DNA of 63,927 nt, the filler included, from Craspedostauros australis (lineage: Eukaryota), in the NCBI GenBank assembly GCA_030167865.1. It is 17 parts of 17 records of this genome, joined end to end, with 100 filler letters (N's around TTAATTAATTAA, not from the genome) between each part and the next. Parts side by side here need not be neighbours in the genome. Positions count along the whole stretch, not along the records: positions 56,752 to 60,335 come from JALAGF010004045.1; positions 60,436 to 61,498 come from JALAGF010004048.1; positions 61,599 to 63,927 come from JALAGF010004052.1; 14 more parts are not named here. One strand, 5' to 3'. Under the pieces are notes generated by a model that ran no database searches, was not told the origin of the DNA, and saw only the letters and a program-made list of their open reading frames with translations. Shown one piece after another: positions 56,752 to 63,927 of this stretch. Position 1 is the first letter of the stretch; each line of letters begins with the position of its first letter. The position numbers were made by a program, and so were the translations under genes.

Positions 56752-59071
56752 CCATCGCACCATACGTAGGCAGCTTGTCGTGAATGGATCGAGCATGATC
56801 CAGTACCTCGTTCCCCAACGAATATCCCAAGTCGAATCGATTCAGCGTGAGTTCGATGTCGCACCGAGCGCGCACCAATCGAATCATCAAGTCGTACTGA
56901 TCCTGCCATGGGTCACCTCTCACCTTCCGCAATGCAGTGCTTGCGAGTTGGAGATACGTTGCAGCAGGGACCAATGCGGCGATCTGGAGCGCGTACTCGC
57001 CGACCTGAAGATTCCGTCGAGTCGCTGCAAGGTGGTCCTTGGTTGGGGTGCAGTTGAGATGATCAGCCGCGATGAAGAACACGCTGCTGTCACTGCCTCG
57101 ATCACCGGCGATGTTCGCTTCGGCGCTGCGTGTGCAAAGATCCCACAAGCACTGGCCAATCCGTAGGCGAAGCTTGGTGCGAACCTCTCCGAACGGCACA
57201 AGATTGCGCGCAGCCTGTTGGATGCGGTCATGCGCAAAGCGATAGCTTGCACCGCCGATGGAGTTTGCGAGGAGGCCCTCCAGAACAGCCTGTTCCAACC
57301 ACTCTGCAAGTGGCCTATCAGTTTTCGCCTCGTTGGTTTTGCCTGGACCGTTGTCGGTTGTACTTGTGCTACTGTGAGGCGGAGGAGTGGGAAGAATGTC
57401 ACTTCCTGTGGGGTTGTTCTGCTTTTCGTAGTCCCAGACCGCCTGCAGAGTATCAAGCTCGAACGAGGATCGAATGTACGATGCCAGTATGAGGGCCTTC
57501 TGCAACGGAGCAGGCAGAGATCGCAGTTTAGATGAAATGAGTTGGATCACGTTGTTTGCTGCCGCATGACTGCTACCACCCATTGCATCGTTGCCATCAC
57601 CACCGCCACTGTTGTTTTGGTCGCTCTGGTTGGAACTGAGCAGGGAAGAATCGAGCTCCCACTGGAACGTGATCCGGCTGTACGTCAAGGCCTTCGTGCG
57701 CTCCATGTCTTGCAGAAGCTGGATGGTGTGGAAGATGTTTCCCTCAGTCTGCTTATGAAACAGCTCGGCCACCTCATCCACAACGTCATCGTCCTGGTCG
57801 AACAATTGCGACACCCACTCGTGCAGCTCCTGCTTACTGAAATCTTGCAGATGGATGTCGATGTAGGGCGTCTTTGCCGGATTGGAGGGTGATTCCGTGC
57901 ATTGTTGTTGCAATTCGTTCAGGACCTGCATGAGGGGGAGATCTCCATTGAACTCCATCAGCTCGTTGGGAGAGTGCGGATTGGTGTCTTGCCGGATCGT
58001 GCCAATCCACAGAAAGTGAGGTTGATGCATGGTGGTGGACATGAGATCCATGCATTCTTGGGAAGCCCATTGCAGATCATCCAATACCATCACCACAGGA
58101 TGATTCTTGGAGGAGATGAGGGACAAGAATTGAGTGAATGTGTACTGGAAGCGGTTCCATGATGTCTCCGTGGATGAGATTTGTGGAGCCTGAGCCTGTT
58201 GCACCATTGAGGAAGTGACGGATGCGTCGCAACTCCCGTCTTCGCTGAAGATAATGGATAGTGCTGGCACAAGTGCCACAAGAACTTCTTTCTGTTGCAT
58301 TGTGAGGCTACTTGACTCGACGATGGATCGAAGTCGTTGCAGCTCTGATGGTTGGCTCGTGACATGACGGCAGCGATGCTTGTCCGCACTTGCACCTGCA
58401 TCTACATCTGTGGTTATACTGTCGTCAGTCGTCGCTTCAGTCCTTGCGTCGGTGCTGGCCTCCTTGATTGGAGCCAGTTGCACATGCGAGCAAGTCAGGT
58501 GCTTGCACCAATCGGACAATGCCTGGGTGATGGCGGAGAACGGGTTGCCTTTCTGGTGCTCCTGGAACTTCCCCTTGAGCACACGGACGCCTTTTGCCTT
58601 GCTCGTGTTGCGACCGGGATCGAGCAGCTGGTTGCAGAAGATATCCACGAGCTTCGACTTGCCTGTGCCACTGGTGCCCCAAACGAACGCAGCTGGGACG
58701 AAGGATTGACTGGAGGGCGCATCCGTGGATGATCCCAATGCAGACGTGTTGTCCAATGAAGAGCTTTGGGCGGTTGCCTTCGTCGTTCTGGTTGGCTTGT
58801 TGGGTTTGGAATGACGCATCATCTGATCGAACGTACGATGCAATTGTCGCAACTCATTCTCGCGTCCAAAGAATCCGTTGATGCCATCACTGTCCGTTTC
58901 GCCATTACTGCCGCCGCGATTGGCGAAGAGTGTGTTTGGTACTTCTGTCTCAAGCTCGGTCTCGTTGTATCCGTCATCGTAGAAGTCGTTGCCCGACGTC
59001 AAGACATTGTTGTGCAGGCGAAGTGATGTCTTGCTGAGCTGTGACTTGGGCGGTGGTTGAGTACGTTGCAT
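56752..59071 (-). CDS. COG3899/AAA_16-type STAND-like ATPase, 3'-truncated (paralog C)
   Basis: FFGRENEL, Walker A GTSGTGKS, GKFQE...PFSAI, Walker B VLDDLQWA, TEGNIFH, YRFAHDRIQQAA and FIAADHLN. Uninterrupted to the contig edge. Confidence 0.92.
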
Positions 59072-60137
59072 CGTGCCTGAAGCGGAAGTGGAAATGGATT
59101 GCGGACTGCTTGTGGAGTCCAGCGCAACGATGGATGTTGGGGAACAGACAGATTGGAACTACAGTTCGTAGTAGATATGTACGGGGTCGTCGTGTTCGTG
59201 GGAGCCTTGGAGATCGATGAGGCACGGGAGGTTGGGTGTTGGATGCCATTCGCTGGCAGTGCGATTTGTCTTCCCTTTCGTCGACACAGACGCGGATGTT
59301 ACTGTGTGTTGCTGTTTCTGTGCGACTGGCGCTATGCTGGTTGAAGGTGTCGGAGCCACGATGGGAGGATTGATGCCGGAGCCTCCTTTCGATCTCGAGC
59401 GTTGACACCACCAACACGCCACGCGCATCGTGAGACCATGAGTCTGGCTCTCCCATCACACCAGAGGCGAGAAGGAACTTCGCCACATCACTTGTCAACT
59501 TGTGTTCTCCTTCTCTCTTCTCCGTCACCACATCCATCAACGTGAAGGGGAAGAAAGAAGTATGACCGACGATGACCGGGAGCAAACGTGCTCCACGAAC
59601 CCGACATCTGTGGACTTTGTCTATGGTCATAAGTGACAAATTGAGTTTCTTCTTCGCCTTCTACGGTATTAATTGTGTATTCCATGCTTCAACGACAAAA
59701 TGACTCGACAAAATGGAATGTTGGAAGGATTTTGAACCCATGTGGGACACGCTTGAGTGTTCCATTCGAACTCAACCGTTTACATACGTTATATTTGAAG
59801 CCAATGCGTTTCGCATGCAGCGGCATGCATGTCTCGCCACTCAGTTCAAACGTTATGATTAGTATTCAATGTTATTCATACATGATTACATATAAGAAAA
59901 GGTTGGATGTCGCATGCGCCAGCCGTCACAACCCGTTTCACGGACTATCTTTCGCTCATCTTTCGTACAGAAACAACAAACCAAACAAATGAAACCAGAC
60001 AATCGGACAGGAAATTGTGAGAACAAACACAACCACACATGCCTTCATGGCATTCATCGAACCTGACTTTTCATCACTCACAATTTCAACCATTGCAATT
60101 TCTGCAACGCATCTCAGCAACAAACAACACAACCAAG

Positions 60138-60335
60138 ATGGATCCCGTTCAGCTCGTCAAGTCGGTGTACTCCACCGGACTCCTCATCTTCTCGATCGCC
60201 ATCGTCTGCGGACTCATCTTCAATGAGCAGACCAAGGTCTCGTCCGAGGTTCACCCAGTGGTCGCCGTCGTCATCATGATCACGGCCCTCGTCTGGCTCA
60301 ACATGGTTGAGGGAGGACAGGGTTCCCTCGTCGGT
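60138..60335 (+). CDS. SIT: Diatom silicon transporter, N-terminal fragment
   Basis: KSVYSTGLLIFS...LIFNEQTKVS..VHP....WLNMVEGGQGSLVG: first two TM helices and the diagnostic EGXQ motif. Cut by the linker. Confidence 0.93.
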
Positions 60336-60435
60336 NNNNNNNNNNNNNNNNNNNNNNNNNNNNNNNNNNNNNNNNNNNNTTAATTAATTAANNNNNNNNN
60401 NNNNNNNNNNNNNNNNNNNNNNNNNNNNNNNNNNN

Positions 60436-61498
60436 ACGCAATCCATGTCGCAGAGTTGCCTGCGATTGAATTCTCAAGAGTGGCTGTTGGGACCAAGATT
60501 TCAGAATGCTGTGAAAAACAGAGCCAACGAGGATGATTCCTTGTTCCGTTGGCTGGATGCATTGGAGGGATCGATTGACGGCGCTGCTGCGGATGATGCT
60601 GGTGATACCAGCAGCCATGCGGACATGCCACAACAGCAACATCAGATGCAGTTCATGGACGTGTTCAGTTCGACAGTGTGCTCTCCCACATCTCGCATAA
60701 GGTCATCGTGGCGCGGTGACGATGGCTTCATCGGTGAACAAGACAACACGTCCGACTCATCCAATGAGCGAGTGTCGATGTGGAAGATCCGGATGATCTA
60801 CATCGCGATTCACTACCATCAGCATCGGCATGCCATGCCTGAAGGCAAGTTGAGGCGGGCAGCATCCGCCACTGATGCGGCCGGAAGCCAAGCCGACGAT
60901 GCGACAGCCGGTCAATGCGATGAAGAGCGCAAGCGATTTCACGTGGGTGCTTTCGATTATGAATGCCCCAATGCCAAGCTGCTGATTGCCGAAATGCCAG
61001 CCGTCGCTGGATTGGGGTCGGATTCTCGGGTGGATGCTATCAACTTCCTGATGGTTGGGCTGGCGACGAACCGCACGGTCCTCTTCGTCAACAACGTCAA
61101 ATTCAATGGCACCGATTTTGCATCCGAAGCAGTCGCAAACGCTGACGCTGATATGGACGGGGGCCAGAACCAGGACGGCGGTGACAGCAGCGCCAGAACC
61201 ACGCCTGCGGATAANTACCCCCGAGCAATCAAGTACGAGCGATTCGGACTGGCATCGTGTCCGAGGAATGACACGCAATGCACTTTCCAATCCATGTCAC
61301 CATGCGTGCCCACATATCGGGAAATGGCGGAGGCTCCCATCGTCAGAACGCCGTCACTAGCATCCTTTCTATCCAAGGACGAAGGAGCGTTGTTCCGTTC
61401 GCGAAGGGTGGTTCGGTTGAAGTTGAGGCGCTCGCCGTTGTCGCTTGGACATGATGTCGCTGAATTCCTGCGTGCCACGGCGCACGAATGGATCGACG
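60436..61498 (+). CDS. Internal fragment of a diatom protein, possibly GT23/alpha-1,6-fucosyltransferase-like
   Basis: Frame is open across the contig. DYECPNAKLL...AGLGS...GLATNRTVLF...SCPR.D.QC.F..MSPC parallels the FUT8 N-terminal G.G...A..T.RTL...F.P.S.C pattern. The catalytic HxR motif is not in the contig. Confidence 0.45.
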
Positions 61499-62519
61499 NN
61501 NNNNNNNNNNNNNNNNNNNNNNNNNNNNNNNNNNNNNNNNNNTTAATTAATTAANNNNNNNNNNNNNNNNNNNNNNNNNNNNNNNNNNNNNNNNNNNNGA
61601 TTGTTCCCGTTTTTGTTGTTCACAATGACACTGCACGCAATTGAACCACGCCACCGTATGCTCGGAGAACCCTCAAGGACCACCGAAGATCGCTGCCTCT
61701 CAGCAACCAACGTGGAGGAGAGGCATGGTGTCTATCAAGGGCGTGTTGTGCAGAGCCATCGTCCTCTTCCCATGTACCGGAACATACTTCTCCGCATGAA
61801 AGCATCCATACTCACTTCGGATGATGTTGGATCCCTTTTCGTATCTCATAAAAACAACTGTCTCACAATAACAACAGCAACAGCAACAGCAACAGCAGCG
61901 ACAACTTATTGTACAACACCTAACTCCAAGCAAAACAAACCCAAGGCCATCCCGAAACACACCACCAACTGATCGAAAACCGAAACAGAACGAAGTCAAC
62001 GGTACGTTCATTTGTGTGCATCATGGCCATAACAACACCATGGCACAAGGCGGCAGGTGCCCACGCGCCGTTGTGACTGGCATGAAGAGTCGTTTCTGGG
62101 CCCAGCTTGCCAGGCACCTACACACTCTTGGGATCGTCCTGTGCTCTACCTGCGAACTGTTCTCATGGGTGGTTCGTCGATGTCACAATGTGGCAAAGGC
62201 ATGCCATGCCACTCCACTTCACCACCACGCTCGGCAACAGCAGCCTTCGTTCTCGTTCTCCCTCATTCTCACATCCTCGTTCATCACATTGTCCACTTGT
62301 TCGACCATCCAAAACCACGACGCTTCTCTCAACAAACAAATTGCTGGACGGATTGCATCTTGACTCCTGTTTGATCTGGCTGCGGTCAATGATGTGGTTC
62401 GTTTCCACCTATTCTTCGCATGGTGCAACACGTCGGCGATCCATCTGCATCTGCGTGCGCATTAATTCGTTCCATGCAGACAACGACACAAACAAACAAA
62501 CAAACAAACGATAGCAACC

Positions 62520-63698
62520 ATGTTCAAGATCAAGGCATCTATTATCGGCGCTCTCGTCTTTGCCAATATGGCAATGGCGCTGGCTTGGGATCCAACTGAA
62601 GATTCGGTGTTCGCTTCGCGAAGATCGTTGAAAGCGTCTGTACCGCCGCCGACTGAGACCCCTGTTCTACCTTCTATGGTCGTCGGCTGCCTCGAAACGC
62701 CAGGAGATGTCGACAGCAACTTCGACATGAGAAGCCCTGCGTCCGAAGTTTTTTGCGACGAGGTTGTTGGGACATGCGCTGACTTTTTGGTGACCATCGA
62801 GGCACTCCCAAACAATAAGGGCAGGCTCGTCAAGAGCATCTTCGCATGCAACGCAAAAAACAAGGCAAACACGCAAGTCAACTCCCAAAAACTCTTCGAC
62901 CGTGTGAAGAATGATGACGACGCTATCGCCGCCATCTTGACTGCTGTCGAAGGCAGCGGGATCATCATGACCGGACGAGGCGACGCACTCAGCACAGCAT
63001 GCAGTGCTGAAGGATACTCTTGCTGTCCATCCGGAGGTTGCTCATCCAACAGTGGATCGTTCACCATCACCACGGATTCCTGCACAGCAATTGGCTCTTG
63101 CACCGACATCGCTCCCAAAGCCATGGTCTTCAATAGCTGTACTGGGGAGAACTCCTGCAACAACTTTGGACAGTTCGACCCATATCGCCCACACAGCACC
63201 TCTGTCATCGGTAACAAGATTATTGGACCAAATGCATGCACCGCTACTTCTAGCTGCCAGAATCTCGGAAAGAACATCTACGGTGCTATCCGAGTTCAGG
63301 CTGGAGCATGCAGCGGGTTGGGCAGCTGCATGGATCTCGGACGTCGTTCCAACCAGGGAAAGCGTGTGCTCTCGCCCGTCATCGCCGACATCATCATCGG
63401 AGACAACGCATGCCAAGGACAAAATGCATGCAAGAATGCCCACAGAGGTGATTCCAAGAATCTTGGAAGCCTTTTTATTGGGGACAGTGCGTGTGCGTCG
63501 ACAAGTAGCTGCGATGGTGTCGCTAACAGTGACGCTGCCGTTGATGACCTTGTCATTGCTCCAGGTACTTGCATTTCGACGAGCAGCTGCCAAAACTGTG
63601 TCGACACAGACATGTGTCCAGGATCCACCGCGTCTACCTATACCATCGATAATCCAACCACGGACTGCTCAACGCCAAACCCAGCTGCCTGCTCTTGA
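62520..63698 (+). CDS. Secreted Cys-repeat protein with RXL motif
   Basis: Signal peptide MFKIKASIIGALVFANMAMALA, RRSLK, then seven I/V.xx(S/A/T)C.x.x(S/A)C repeats and CxxC. Complete ORF. Confidence 0.85.
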   Translation: MFKIKASIIGALVFANMAMALAWDPTEDSVFASRRSLKASVPPPTETPVLPSMVVGCLETPGDVDSNFDMRSPASEVFCDEVVGTCADFLVTIEALPNNKGRLVKSIFACNAKNKANTQVNSQKLFDRVKNDDDAIAAILTAVEGSGIIMTGRGDALSTACSAEGYSCCPSGGCSSNSGSFTITTDSCTAIGSCTDIAPKAMVFNSCTGENSCNNFGQFDPYRPHSTSVIGNKIIGPNACTATSSCQNLGKNIYGAIRVQAGACSGLGSCMDLGRRSNQGKRVLSPVIADIIIGDNACQGQNACKNAHRGDSKNLGSLFIGDSACASTSSCDGVANSDAAVDDLVIAPGTCISTSSCQNCVDTDMCPGSTASTYTIDNPTTDCSTPNPAACS

Positions 63699-63927
63699 GG
63701 TGTTCACAGTGAAGGCATGTGCAGGGAGAGACGTCCAGAAATGGCTCAAATGGAACACCATCTCGAATGCTCAGTCATTGAGAGGGTAGTGTTCTGATGG
63801 TTGATCATCCTGCTTGAGTTTGACGGTAGCCCCTGATCATTCTCATCGCACACTCGCTATTGATGAATGGATTGATAACCGAAACGAGTGGATGGTACGG
63901 ATGGTACATGGAGGTGCTGCTTCCGCG

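Noticed and set aside
2212..61598. Regularly recurring TTAATTAATTAA as a biological repeat or CRISPR-like array
   Set aside because: It is always centred in exactly 44+44 Ns, so it is an artificial six-frame-stop linker. ORFs ending in XXX-LIN are artefacts.

Overview
This window is not one continuous locus. It is 17 short eukaryotic contigs joined by 16 artificial 100-nt linkers (44 N + TTAATTAATTAA + 44 N), so adjacency across a linker means nothing. The DNA is diatom nuclear DNA, probably pennate: it holds the 5' end of a silicon transporter, DUF6824 and COG3899-type ATPase family members, RXL/KXXK secreted proteins and short GT-AG introns. Three contig pairs are allelic or near-duplicate (7398-12792/12893-18152, 33197-35230/35331-37364, 47608-52010/52111-54242), and one pair overlaps in reverse complement (37465-38037/40023-40595). 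Genes found: ABCG transporter, WW-domain cyclin-Y-like protein, ICL/PEP-mutase-family enzyme, two secreted Cys-repeat proteins, PPR, fibrillin-like, CRAL-TRIO/DUF6824, TPR, three STAND-like ATPases, METTL21-type methyltransferase, a bacterial-looking GT-B glycosyltransferase, SIT and a GT23-like fragment. Mobile DNA includes a Harbinger-type transposase, LTR ends and a LINE remnant. The best candidates for novelty are (1) a decayed intron-containing element joining a YqaJ-like PD-(D/E)xK nuclease motif to a piggyBac-like KGGxD motif and Cys finger, (2) tandem effector-less STAND ATPases with in-frame TGA codons, (3) an allelic repeat-length-variable KXXK/RXL/Pro-Ser secreted protein and its Cys-repeat paralog, and (4) a haplotype-specific LTR insertion upstream of the glycosyltransferase. 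All family calls come from motif recognition by eye; no database searches were run.
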